A stretch of DNA of 63,834 nt, filler included, from Calcarisporiella thermophila CBS 279.70 (GCF_041956535.1; 6 parts of 5 records of this genome joined end to end with filler, not necessarily neighbours in it); one strand, 5' to 3'. Positions 39,322 to 51,013 are shown, counted from the first letter of the whole stretch. Notes: generated by a model not told the origin, from the letters alone. Numbers and translations: made by a program.

Positions 39322-41856
39322 GGGTAATTCTATTTGTACCCGGGTATAACTATTAATTACTGCTAAGTTGGTTAATTAATTTTTTTGAATAATTAATCGT
39401 CAAATTCAAAGTCACGCGCTACATGTTATTAACTCTCAGTAAATCAACCAAAAATTGAACTTAGTAGTAAATGATGTGTACCAATAACATCTGCCACATT
39501 TCTTACTTTTATTCATTTATTATCAATAATATTATATTTACACACATTAATTCCGACTAGGACTATTACGTAGGTCATGACCAGTCTGCTTACATCCACG
39601 ACAAAGGCGCATCTTTACCTCATGCTGAGACTTCAGGCGTTTATTGGATTTAGGTCTACCTTTTGTCACGACTTCTTGTGGGTCGGCTATGCTAGCAATC
39701 GGCCCCGGAGAACCATATAGACCAGCCGTATTAATTACCGGCTCCGAACGAGCAATAAATGAATTAAGTTCTTGTTTAGCCCTTTCAACAGGAAGATGTT
39801 GAACAAGCTGTTGAGCAGTTGATATAGCACGGGAAACCAAGGTGAACAACACATCGTCGTCCACACATTTTGGAAATCCCATTTTAGCAATTTTCCAAGC
39901 TTCCAGAGATTTAGAGGATTGCTGCTCAAAATTTGACGGCTCAGTGCTTTCCAATATGGTGGATCTGTGTGGTGTTATGAACCAGCGCTGTGCTATCTCT
40001 GATTCATAGATCATATCCTTGCCTTGCTTTTTACGAAAAGAGAAGAGATGGGCACACGGGAGAAGAAATTGCTTTACCGAGCTGCAGCCGCAGACTGATA
40101 TATGACTGCTGTACGATATTGGATAGTATTTTTCTATATTAAAATAAGGCGGTTAATTACTATCTTCTCCTGCCTGATATAATGATATAATAACTATCTT
40201 TGCCGCAGATCAGATAAAACCCATCTTTTTCGACAAGCTCGAAATCCTCTATACGGTGATATTGTTCAATAAGTTTTTCCATCGCAAATTCAGAGATTTT
40301 ATCTTCCAAGTTGCCGAATGGGTGTGAAGGATAAAGCTTGCGACGATTTCTAGCTTGATAAAGACAAAAAGCTCGATGTTTTTCCTGCTCATTAAAAAGT
40401 ATGTCGAAAGAGTCGAAGAGTTTGCTAAGACTGGCCTGAATGGTGGTAAAACGCTTGAGAACTGCATGTTGCCCTTCTACACGCTGAGTCGAACGCACGC
40501 CAAGATTAGTGTAATCCGAGACAAATGCCTCTGCCCACATTTCACGACGATTATACCAACGTTGAAGATAATCTGCTGTATTGGGGTATGCTTTAATTAT
40601 CTCATTGTAATGCTTGTCGAATTCGTCTGGTGTCTGTATGCTAAACAGCTTAGTAAGCTCTTTTGCAAAGTCTTTGTAGTTCTCAACCTTCCGGTTCAAA
40701 TGCACTCGTATATCCTTTGTTATATGCCATGAACAAAGCTGGTGCTGAGCATGTGGAATAACATTACGGACAGCACTTATGAACGCTGGGTCGGAATCGC
40801 TAATCACTGTTCGTATACTCTCAGTTGATTCTCTTTTCAAACAAGATATAAGTTGCTGGAGCGCCCACATAAATGCATGGGTAGATTCGCGTTTTAGTAG
40901 CGCAATTCCCATCAAAAACGTTTTGATATTTTCATCTATACCGACTAAAACCAAGCAAGGAAGGTTGAAGTGGTTGGTGTGATAGGTACTATCAGCAATC
41001 ACGACCTCAGGACACTTGTCCGCAAGTGAAATATGCGAGTTACGCACCCAAAATATGTTTTGCAGCTTGCCATTTTCCAATACGTATTTGACGGTATATT
41101 CGGTTGTATTCTCAAGCTTGGTCAACAAGGCAGCAATTTCGGACAGCTCACCCTTTTCTCTTTTAGTAATTGTCGCTAAAGCATTATGGATATCCTTAGC
41201 CTGAATGGATTCAATCTGGCTACGAACAAGCCGAGTTGCGAGAGAAACACTACCTCCAAATTGAACAACATTCTGAGCAAACTGAACTATTTCAGGGTCG
41301 GGTCTACGAAATCTGCGAGCAAAACGGATATCCTCGGGCTCCAAAGGATGATTATGCTCGATATTACCAGAGGTAACGCGATAAGCATTTACGGCTTTTG
41401 AAAATCGAAATCGCAATATGAAAGGACAATCGCATTTCACTGTTGATACGGTTCTCATGGGTATTTCGTTATTCGAACTGTGTTGGCCTGATCGTGAACA
41501 TGAAATAGTGCAGTGAGGAATCCAGTAGTAAGATCTGAGCGTTCTACCCTCCATTCAAACCCAATACTAACTGCATAATTGTTCATCCATTCAGTTATTT
41601 CGTCTCGATCTTTGAACATACGGGATTTGAGATCAGAAATGGAGATGATAGTCATTTTTACAAAGGAGAATGGAAAGATTCAAATTATAAAGGTTACACT
41701 CAACTTGAAAATAATAAAATTTTAATTTTACGCGTGAGTAATAAAAGTAAAAGTGTGACTTGCTGGTAAATAAAACAAAATAATTAACCAACTTTGCAGT
41801 AATTAACCAACTTAGCGGTAATTAATAGTTATACCCGGATACAAATAGAATTACCC
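39322..41856 (-). mobile_element. Mutator-like (MULE) DNA transposon, full length
   Basis: TIRs GGGTAATTCTATTTGTA...TACAAATAGAATTACCC (about 55 bp) and a perfect 9-bp TSD AAATCTAAA (39313-39321, 41857-41865). Confidence 0.96.
39547..41655 (-). pseudogene. MULE transposase (FAR1, DDE, SWIM, zinc knuckle) with one apparent frameshift
   Basis: DSTYHTN, ISDSDPA, HQLCSWH, STQRVEGQH, SWIM CGC...CAH and knuckle CRGCKQTGH. Frameshift near 41510 and an intron at about 40135-40175. Confidence 0.88.
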
Positions 41857-42334
41857 AAATCTAAAATGTAGTACTTTTATTTTTCTAATTTGCAGCACAT
41901 ATAGTTCTATGAATTCAAAATCACCTGTAAATGAGGATTACCTCCAATTCACAGAATGTTAGGAAACTTGAGATGTTGGTGGTTTATCTACTGTAGATAA
42001 TTAAGGATATTGGTGCATTTTGAAGAGATGAATTAAAATGAGAAAAAACTGAGCTCGATATGTAACCTAGCTAACGAGTTTCAATATTTTGAGCCGATTT
42101 TGAATTCCTTCATTTCTACCTGATATTCGCATCAAATTTCGAAGATGATTGCGATATTTATTAACATGTGTAGAAATATTTCGACATTCGTGAAAGATCT
42201 CAAAATGGATTAAAAAATACCAAGACTCCATTTTCCGTGACTCTTTACTGTCTATATAATAATAGTATGCGCATCGAATTGTATACATAGGTTGGCTTTC
42301 ATTATTGTGGAACATTGACATAATATCTTAATGG

Positions 42335-43927
42335 CTACTTAAATAGGGAGCAGGCGTTATTGAAACTGCTCCAGAAAATACATTTCTCGTTATCACTAAG
42401 GTCTTTTTCGAGAACTACATTTTCTGCCTCGAATATAATTTGTTCCCCCGCAGCGTAAGTAGGCCATTTGATGTGTGAAGTATTTGTGTTTGGATCTCCC
42501 GATTTGACAAATGAGATATAATAGTCGGTCATTGTATTTGCCAGCTGTACTTCAGCAGATGACATGCCGGTTGTGTTGAGGAATGTGTACAGAAGATCAT
42601 AACCATGAGTTGCACCGAAAATCCCAAGAGCTTGGTTAAAGCGGTATTTGTACACCTCAGGTGTGTAAGCTTTTGCCAGTTCTAATGCCGGACATGTGAA
42701 AAGCATATCTCCAAATACCATAGAAGCCCTGGTTTCATATTTTGGAATAGCCGCCTCTTCTGGATATAAACGAGCAATATCCTGAAGTGAGGAATTGGAT
42801 GCACAAGGGACCATCTGGTTGATAGCAGCATAGAACTTCTCTGTAGTGTTAGATGGTAAATCATGTGTGAAACCGGTTCCTTCGTTGGTATTAGTTCCCA
42901 CAATTATTGGAATACGAAAGAGTTTTTGGTTACTCATAAGCTTTGCACAACCTTCAGCAATATACTTTCCATCTACGACTGGAACAAATGTAAAGATGAG
43001 AGGCATGCTTTTTGCCATTGCCTTGCCCACGTCACGCAATAGAGAGATGTCACAATTTCGCAGACAATCCAACGTGTTGCTGGCATTTGAACACTCGACT
43101 CTCTTGACGAGTTCGTTATAAACAGATTGATAGACTCGGTATGATGGACAATGGTACATACTGGTTGGAGATCCGCTTGACAGGATGGCTCTATCGAATG
43201 GAAGTTGGGGCAGGGTCTGCATAGTAGTTCGTTGTCGAGATTCAAGCGTCATGTCCGTATTTGATTGTGTTTCATTTTTAGAGGTGCTAGAGAATAGGTG
43301 GAATCCAATTGAAACAGCACCAGCACTTTCACCCATTACTGTAACCCTCGTTGGATCACCTCCGAAAGCCTGTGCATATCTGCGAACCCATTCCAATGCC
43401 ATTCTTTGATCGAGAAGGCCGGCATTCAAGTCGCCGTCCTCGCGAACTTCCTCAGAAGAGAGAAAGCCTAATGGACCCAAACGATAGTTGGCAGAAACAA
43501 AAATCATGCTATTGTTCGAATGCTGGACTAGACGCGACCCGTCATATAGGTCCATTGATGGTGAACTTCCTAAAAAACTTCCTCCGTATATCCAAAAGAG
43601 AATAGGTAGATTCTGGCTGTTTTCTGGCTTCCATATGTTGAGATATAGACAATCTTCAGAGGTTTCGTTTAACCCAGATGTGTATACCCTAATCTCCTTG
43701 AATTGTATGCAGCTCTTTCCGAATTTGTCAGCCTGCTGCACTGAAGTGAATGGCTGAGGCGGTCTTGGTGCCCTGAACCTCAGATTGCCAACTGGTGGCT
43801 CTGCAAATGGAACACCGCGCCACACTGATAGCCCATTTTCAATCGTGCCATTAAATACACCGTAGTCGAGAGTAAGCAACGTTTCGCCTAACACGCACGA
43901 AAAAATGGCCAATAATATCAATATCAT
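42335..43927 (-). CDS. Secreted type-B carboxylesterase/lipase
   Basis: Signal peptide, GVPFAEPPVGNLRF, SEDCLYLNIW, GESAG, NEG and ATHG. Intronless. Confidence 0.95.
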   Translation of the reverse strand: MILILLAIFSCVLGETLLTLDYGVFNGTIENGLSVWRGVPFAEPPVGNLRFRAPRPPQPFTSVQQADKFGKSCIQFKEIRVYTSGLNETSEDCLYLNIWKPENSQNLPILFWIYGGSFLGSSPSMDLYDGSRLVQHSNNSMIFVSANYRLGPLGFLSSEEVREDGDLNAGLLDQRMALEWVRRYAQAFGGDPTRVTVMGESAGAVSIGFHLFSSTSKNETQSNTDMTLESRQRTTMQTLPQLPFDRAILSSGSPTSMYHCPSYRVYQSVYNELVKRVECSNASNTLDCLRNCDISLLRDVGKAMAKSMPLIFTFVPVVDGKYIAEGCAKLMSNQKLFRIPIIVGTNTNEGTGFTHDLPSNTTEKFYAAINQMVPCASNSSLQDIARLYPEEAAIPKYETRASMVFGDMLFTCPALELAKAYTPEVYKYRFNQALGIFGATHGYDLLYTFLNTTGMSSAEVQLANTMTDYYISFVKSGDPNTNTSHIKWPTYAAGEQIIFEAENVVLEKDLSDNEKCIFWSSFNNACSLFK

Positions 43928-44757
43928 TGGTATGATATATTTTTGAGTGAATAATAAATAACCAAGTAAAAAAAAAGGCTTGAACCGATTTAATTGATTA
44001 TGCTATTAAAATTAATAGATACCAGGGGATTTCGAGTTTACCCTCCTTGAAATAAACAACAAAACAATTTACATTCAAAAGTGATTTAAATTTCAGTCTA
44101 AGGAACACCGAGTTTTGAGTTTATGCTCCAGCTTATAAGACAGTTGGGCTTGTGCTGAGCTATAGTTTTATTTCCACGCTTCCATTAAAGGCAAGTCGAG
44201 ATATGAGGCGTAAAGGAACTGACTTATGCTGCCTTAAATGTTTTTCCTCGAGTTACGTAATTTAATACTATTGCATAATAAGTCCGGACACGTGTATGGC
44301 CTACTAAATATTGAAAAGTCAATATATCGCTCGAAGAAATATCCTTAAAACTCTTAGAACAAGATCACTAAGCATTAAACTATTTCATAATATTTTCATG
44401 GTTTATTTCTAAAATTGTATTTTAGTAATGATTCGAAAAAGAAAATATATATTTACAGTCACACAATAATTGTAGTAAGCCGACTAATTCGTTATTAGTT
44501 TCTAAGACGGGAAGGGTGAAATACATCAAAAGACAAAAAGATCCAACTCAGAAACTTAATAAAAGCACAATGAGTTTGGATATTGAGAAAACATATACGC
44601 ATGTGCTATTTATTAATCCTACCCATATGACAAATATTTAGGAACGAAATCATTGGGATTATACGTATGAATATAAATTAACAACCTTACGTACTGATTC
44701 TTATACTTGAATTAATAAAAATATTAAGAAGAGTGAAAAGAGGCGCTCATTTTCGTG

Positions 44758-45000
44758 TTACAGTACATCAATACCAGTATGTGCCTGAATCCATTCATAA
44801 TAATAATCCAAACGAGTGAAGTAACCAACCGGGTCTGGCCCACAACTTATATCCAAACCATAGGTTCCTACTCCAGCAATGTAATAAGACCCATTAACTG
44901 CTATATGCAATGGGGCACCAGAACTGATGCAGGTACCACGGTTGGTGCAAATAAGTAAATCTCAAATGTTGGCATGTTTTATTGGAAAAATGTTTATGTA
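44758..45000 (-). pseudogene. Trypsin-like (S1) serine protease C-terminal relic, absent from the ORF track
   Basis: The minus strand reads LLICTNRGTCISSGAPLHIAVNGSYYIAGVGTYGLDISCGPDPVGYFTRLDYYYEWIQAHTGIDVL*. This matches C.GDSGGPL...GV.S.G..C....G.YTRV..Y..WI. Confidence 0.75.
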
Positions 45001-45207
45001 ACGATATCAAATTTGATCATAACTACATAAATATGCTAGAAAATGACAAGTAGCGGAAATTGCTCCGCTGACATTATTTAAATAATAATCATACACCTTA
45101 ATTGCTCTATAATCTTGGCAAATTTTCGTTCGAAAACGTATTTATTTTACGTTATTCATCGCTTATCACTCAAATCAAGCTGCAACCAATTTCGTTACAT
45201 ACTAAAA

Positions 45208-45531
45208 CTAAAAATACCCATACCCAACTCTACTAGGCGCGATTGCGGAAATATCTGCAGCTTTGTAGGACTCGCGTTGCCTACAGGTTATGACGTATGA
45301 TACAACACTGATTAGCATATTGGGGATGTCTATTCCACGATGGAATAGCCTGTGGAAGAATCTCTTTCCCAATTCACTTCGCAGTTTGTATAAATCGCCC
45401 AGATATATGTCCAATGGTCGTGTGATCAGCATTACTTCTTTGGAAAGATCTGCTAGGTTCATATCGTGTCTCCAATATGTTGCGCTCATATGGAGCAAAA
45501 TTAATGAGCTCATCGACGGGGGATCGTTTTC
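45208..45531 (-). mobile_element. Degenerate Gypsy-like integrase (H2C2 region) relic
   Basis: H...H spacing and MLISVVSYVITCRQR...SRVG resemble the integrase zinc-finger/core junction. Confidence 0.45.
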
Positions 45532-45807
45532 TGTTGGAGGACGACCAGGCGTGACTGGTAGTCCGATATATATTCCAGATAATATTTGTGCTACGTCAGT
45601 TAATAGCACACTTGTACGAGCACGCGCCTTACATGTACAAGCATGCGTCTCACCATCTTTATTTCTTTTTATCTCCTACCCTATCCCATCAGATATATAT
45701 ATAGTATGTGCGTTCTCTCTTTTGAATTCATAAGTGTGTGCTATTTGTGTTATCACTTCTGTCTGTTTACTTTCCTTTTATCAATATACTCTTATTAAAA
45801 TCCAACA
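45532..45807. mobile_element. Solo LTR (276 bp)
   Basis: TGTTGGA...TCCAACA termini with a TTTTC TSD on both sides. Homologous to 13777-14019. Confidence 0.92.
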
Positions 45808-46537
45808 TTTTCTAAGTCTGCTCGTGGAGTATTATCGTTGGGACATATGGTTTAAGTCGCCCAATCGCATTTGCTAGGCCTTCCAATGGATTCCACCGGC
45901 GCCTTACGCGGAATGGCGTTGGAGAGAGTAAAGCACCTGTCGGCCCTCTTCCGTTTTCACGGTTAATAGGGTGTGGCAAGGTTGGATCAATTTTTTAGAC
46001 GGAAGTAAGCCAGCTTAAAAACAGCCAAGGAATCGTACTTGTAGGACGACATCCTTGTATAGTCTTAATCCACATTCTTAGTATCCGAGTAATTTTATTG
46101 AATTCCATTCTTAATTTCAATTCTATGATAACTTTCCTTGTCCATCTGCTAATCTGTCAATATTTTTTTTTCTTTTTATATATTCCTCTGGAAGTAAGTC
46201 AAATTCAACCAATAAACGGCCTCATCATCGTGAAGCATGGACTGCTGACTTAGTCCGCAGTCTATTTTGAATATTTTTACTTATTCTGCCCTATATGTAG
46301 TCAACGTGACGCAATATGGTGGCGCATAAATATATTGAATGCTGATTGATTGTTGGAAAATGCTCGGTTTATTGGGAACAATTTTATTTCGATTCTCAAT
46401 GATTAGTACACTTGCGCTTTAAACACACCTACACCAACTTGCCATCCGTGTTACTCGATATAGAGTTTGTCTACTCATTTCTCCTATTTTAACTTCAACT
46501 TTTAGTTTCGTTCACGCATTACAAATCAGAAGGCGGA

Positions 46538-47260
46538 ATGGAAAAGAATGAAAAATCTAGTAAGGAAGAAACTTTGCACGGAAAATGTTTCCCCGGTGAA
46601 TCTCCTGAGTACCGCCGGGCAAGAAATGAACTTCTCCGTGCTGAGTCTGAACTACGCCGCAGATCGGAGGAGGTAGCAGCACTACGCCGTAAGCTTCCTC
46701 CCGGTGGCCTCGTCCCTGAAAATTACGTGTTCGAGGAGGCCACGGAGGACGGTGGCACTCGCGAAGTGAAGATCTCTGACCTTTTCTCGCCTGGCAAAGA
46801 CACACTTCTCATCTACAGTTTCATGTACGGCCCCAATGAGTCGAAGCCATGTGGTGCCTGTGCGTCCATCCTCGATTCTCTGGATGGAACCGTCCCACAT
46901 ACCGAACAGCGCGTTAACTTGGTCGCGGTCGCAAAGTCGCCCCTACCACGCATCCTTGATTTTTCCCGTAAGCGTGGCTGGCGCCACCTGCGAATACTCT
47001 CCTCTGCCAACAATCATTATAATCGCGATTACCTGGCCGAAAATCCCGACGGCTCCCAGATGCCCATACTCAACGTCTTCAGAAAAGACACCGAGGGAAT
47101 CCGCCACTTTTGGGGCTCTGAATTACTCTACTACCCCGATGAAGAAGGTCGTGAACGTCACGTTGACTTCATTTGGCCAATATGGAACTTGCTAGATGTC
47201 ACCCCCGAGGGAAGAGGCACTGCATGGGACTTTCCAAAGCTGAGCTACGGCCCGGAATGA
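46538..47260 (+). CDS. DUF899 family thioredoxin-like protein, bacterial type
   Basis: FPGESPEYRRARNELL.AE..LRR..E.VAALRR.LP.GG, YSFMYGP, CGAC, RHFWGSE and WPIWNLLD.TPEGRG. Intronless and GC-rich. Confidence 0.9.
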   Translation: MEKNEKSSKEETLHGKCFPGESPEYRRARNELLRAESELRRRSEEVAALRRKLPPGGLVPENYVFEEATEDGGTREVKISDLFSPGKDTLLIYSFMYGPNESKPCGACASILDSLDGTVPHTEQRVNLVAVAKSPLPRILDFSRKRGWRHLRILSSANNHYNRDYLAENPDGSQMPILNVFRKDTEGIRHFWGSELLYYPDEEGRERHVDFIWPIWNLLDVTPEGRGTAWDFPKLSYGPE

Positions 47261-48502
47261 GAAAATAACATAAATGAATTCAGCTTGCTCAATTTACGAG
47301 GATTCGCACCTGCACGTATTAAAATATGAGGTTTACTATTCTATAAGTATATGATTTCTTGAGCGTAAACAATATTGAATGAATTATATTATATTCTGCT
47401 TCGTTTAGCATATAAGTCCGTGGCCAATAGGAGTATTTTAGATTTCCCAATAAGATATTTAGAGCATTCTAGCATTTTACTATCAACTTTCATTTTAATG
47501 AAGACCCCATCAAATATTTCCGAGGGATGAAGAATATTCTGAAAATTCCAAGAGGATACATTATAGCATTTTGTAGTTACTGGCATGTTGTAGTGACTTA
47601 TTCACGAAAACTACAATAATTTCATCTAAAGCTATATAGAAATCTAAATAGACTAATCTGGCTGATGTAGTCGGTAAGGGCCACGCATTATCTTCCAAAT
47701 TTTCACCAACATCTTATTCCATGACTTCAGTGGCGACCTGCACACTGTCATATTCTGGTTGTACCATAATAGCTTCTTGCCTCGCTTCTTTCAGTTTTGC
47801 TTCCGTCCGTTTATCCTTAACTTGCCTTAGGACTCTCCTTTCTCTTTATGATCCACAGATATCTTGTCTCGCTTGCATACCATTCCAGTTCCAAAATCTT
47901 AGTCCTGCTATTCCAGATAGTGAAAACTTTCCGAATCTGAATGCTATCTGGCAAAGGGAGTCAGGATCGGAACCAAATGAGCCCGTCTTACACTTTGTGT
48001 TCAATGATAAGAACAAATTGTCAATTACCATTTAATTGAAGGCCAAAAGATTATATAATTCCATATCCCACCCTTGTGTTGCACCTAGAGCTTTCATCTC
48101 TGAATACTCTGGTCTTAATATTTGGGAACCTTTCTTATAGTCAAACCAGAATTCCTTCCATTATAAGACTTTTTACTTAAAATATGAAATCCTCTATTTT
48201 TGACCGAGCACCTAAAGCCCTTCAAAACTCGCAGAAACCGGTTCATATCCAATCAAACACTTATTTTTAATGTTAGAATAGGATTCCAGAATCTAGGTAT
48301 CCTAATATTGTTTTTAGAAAAGCGTTCTTTGCATGTGTTTTATCAGAATTTGATATCAATTAGAGAAGCAATAACTCCATTGTTTGAGAGATGATATCTA
48401 GTTGAAAAAGTTAAGCGAACGAATATAAATAAGCGCGCTCTCTACCAATTTTACCTATTCAACATACTTCGAATAAAGCAATCGAAAGCAAACTCGAACA
48501 AA

Positions 48503-49105
48503 ATGCTCAAGAACTATTCCCTTGTACTTCTTCCTCTCGCTTTGCTTGCTGCCATTTGTCCATCATTCGCTTCTCCACTAGCCGCGGAAGATAATGTTGA
48601 GAAGCGCTGCGATGAGCACGCATATGGCGATTTATACGGATATTCGATGGGTAATCCATGCGGATATTCTATGGGCTACCCGTGTGGATATAGTATGAGC
48701 TACCCATGCAGTTACCCAATGACCACCCCATGCAGTTATGGCGGATATGGCTGCTATCGCCCCATTTTGAACAACGCATACTATGCCAATGCTGCCAACG
48801 CGGACAGCTGTTGCAAACATCGCGCGAACCTTGCTGCTAATGTCAAAGCTAATGAATGCACCGACGCAAAGAAGCACGCTCATGTGTTCAACACTGCCAA
48901 CACGAATGTTATTGCGAAACGCCAAATTAGCCCGTATGAAATGTTTGGAGGTATGGGATACGGAGTTTCGCCTTTAGGTTTTGGAGGTATGAGATACGAA
49001 GTTCCGCCTTTTGGTTTTGGAGAGATCGGGTATGGAGCCATGCCATATGGTCTGGGAATGATTGGGTATGGACTCCCATATGGCCCCAGCCAGTTGATCT
49101 GGTAA
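48503..49105 (+). CDS. Secreted Kex2-site precursor with Cys/Tyr/Gly repeat arrays
   Basis: Signal peptide, propeptide ending EKR, 8-aa repeats, an Asn/Ala-rich segment ending AKR, then 12-aa Gly/Tyr repeats. TATA-like TATAAATA about 80 nt upstream. Confidence 0.85.
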   Translation: MLKNYSLVLLPLALLAAICPSFASPLAAEDNVEKRCDEHAYGDLYGYSMGNPCGYSMGYPCGYSMSYPCSYPMTTPCSYGGYGCYRPILNNAYYANAANADSCCKHRANLAANVKANECTDAKKHAHVFNTANTNVIAKRQISPYEMFGGMGYGVSPLGFGGMRYEVPPFGFGEIGYGAMPYGLGMIGYGLPYGPSQLIW

Positions 49106-49732
49106 ATACTTTGAACATTAAAAGAGAAAAGAGTATATCCGACATTACAAAAATCAAAGTACCTAAAAAATTCTTTCCTTGTTTTTCTATTAAAAAAGAA
49201 ATGAAATAAAAATTTAGTGTATGTGCTCATAATTCAGCGAATATAGATGTCTTGACATTCTTAGTAATTCCTCTATATCGTGAAGATCTTGATATATATT
49301 CAAAGATTTCCATTAGTCGAAAATTCTATTGTACAATATATAATGTAAAATATATTTAAAGGAATGTTTTTCAAGAAAAAAATTAAAAAATTAATGCTCT
49401 AGCTTTTGCTCACAATGTTATAAATATTTGCACTTGTATATCTCGTCACTCTCGGTGAATAAATGTGATCATTATCGTCCCGTTCGTCTAAACCTGAACC
49501 GGTCGTAAGCGCAGTTGAATATATTCTCTATGTTCATTTCTCTACTTCTTATCATTACAATCCAATAGTTTGCAACAGAGCTTGAATCAACAAAGGTTAT
49601 TCAATAACTCAATCAAAGCAACTAAATAACGTACATATTAGTTCTTTTACCGGCGTAACATTCAAAAATAAATACTCAAGCGATATATAGTGTGTTACTA
49701 TCCTTACTAATTCAAATCGACAAATATCTTTG

Positions 49733-50050
49733 TTAACATCGTTTGAGTATAGAGCACATGATAGAAATAATCAACAGCATTAAGATTAAATTAAAATGAA
49801 TTTTCATAGAAGAATTTTGAACGTTTTGAAAGCCTATAAAGGTCCAGGTTCCTGTTTCTACATGATCAACAAAAATTCCACCTAATTCGCAATGTGTACA
49901 GTTACTTCTACAAAAAGTGATACTCCATCTCCCCAAGGTCCTAACTTGATTATATCCCGTGACGTTATAGCAACCTTCACGATTTATAAGTAATCCCTTA
50001 CACCCATGTCTGAACTTCAGATCGGTAAGACCCATGCAATCATATTCCAT
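49733..50050 (-). CDS. Small Cys-rich protein with hydrophobic C-terminus (possibly GPI-type; 5' end unclear)
   Basis: Six Cys in the first 55 aa, NVT and NSS sequons, hydrophobic tail. No clear signal-peptide exon found. Confidence 0.4.
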   Translation of the reverse strand: MEYDCMGLTDLKFRHGCKGLLINREGCYNVTGYNQVRTLGRWSITFCRSNCTHCELGGIFVDHVETGTWTFIGFQNVQNSSMKIHFNLILMLLIISIMCSILKRC

Positions 50051-51013
50051 TCTTATATAAAATATGCTAAAGCTCGAAGTGAATCTCCCGCGACCTTTGA
50101 CTTATAATAAATTCAGTATAATAAAAATATACTACTGTAGAACAATAAATGAGAATAGACACCAAGTTTATTCACGCTAATGAATCCAATAAAATATAAG
50201 TGAAAAAATAATTTAGAATACAAATATATATATATATAAAAGTGGTCGCCGGAGTTGAGATATTGATTTTAGATTTGGTACTTAAGCTTTTCAATTTACC
50301 ATGATAGCTAAACATTAACTGCTTAGGCAATCCAACGTCACACTTAGCTTGTACCCCTCATAGTTCTACGGCTTATACAGCGGATGTAACTTCCTGCTAG
50401 AATGGGTCGACTGGGAACAGGGTCTAGCAAACACCAGAGTCTTGGCTGAGGCAATTTTGACTAAGCTATTTCGACGTTTGCCAAAAAATAAGAGCGAACT
50501 ATAGGGACAAATCAATAAGGAATAAAACCATGGAGCTTGAAAATTTCAACAAGTTTTATGCCAGCATGCTGATGTGAGTGTGTGCTATATACAGAGCAAA
50601 AGGAGGATACTATATTCTTGTTTACCAATATTTAAAATTAGATATATAAAATGGTATACGTAAATAGAATATTCAAAAAAGTCATAACTACACGTTATTT
50701 AAATTCAATCACTCTTCGTTTCAGTATTTCTCTGTCAACAATGGTTGGATTATATTGTTGATGATAACCTGTGCACTTATTAATAATATCCTCATCATTA
50801 TTGTACAAATGTCCATAGAGATTTTGAGTTTATACTGAAAATGTACCAATTTCAATCTGCGCACATTACATAGACTGTATAGCTGATACTATTACTGAGA
50901 GAGAAAACAGCATAAGGGGGAGAAGGGTTGAACGGTGATTTAACACTTAAATAGTTTATTGTTTGTTGTTAGTTACTTCGAATAAAATAAATCAAAGGTA
51001 AGCTCAGTCAAAA

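Noticed and set aside
47650-48150. Stop-interrupted minus-strand reading frame
   Set aside because: It looks coding-derived but has no recognisable motif, so it cannot be assigned.
48503-49105. Classical KEP/dikaritin RiPP cluster
   Set aside because: The repeats are not individually flanked by KR, and no DUF3328/UstYa or tyrosinase gene is visible nearby. Kept only as an atypical precursor.
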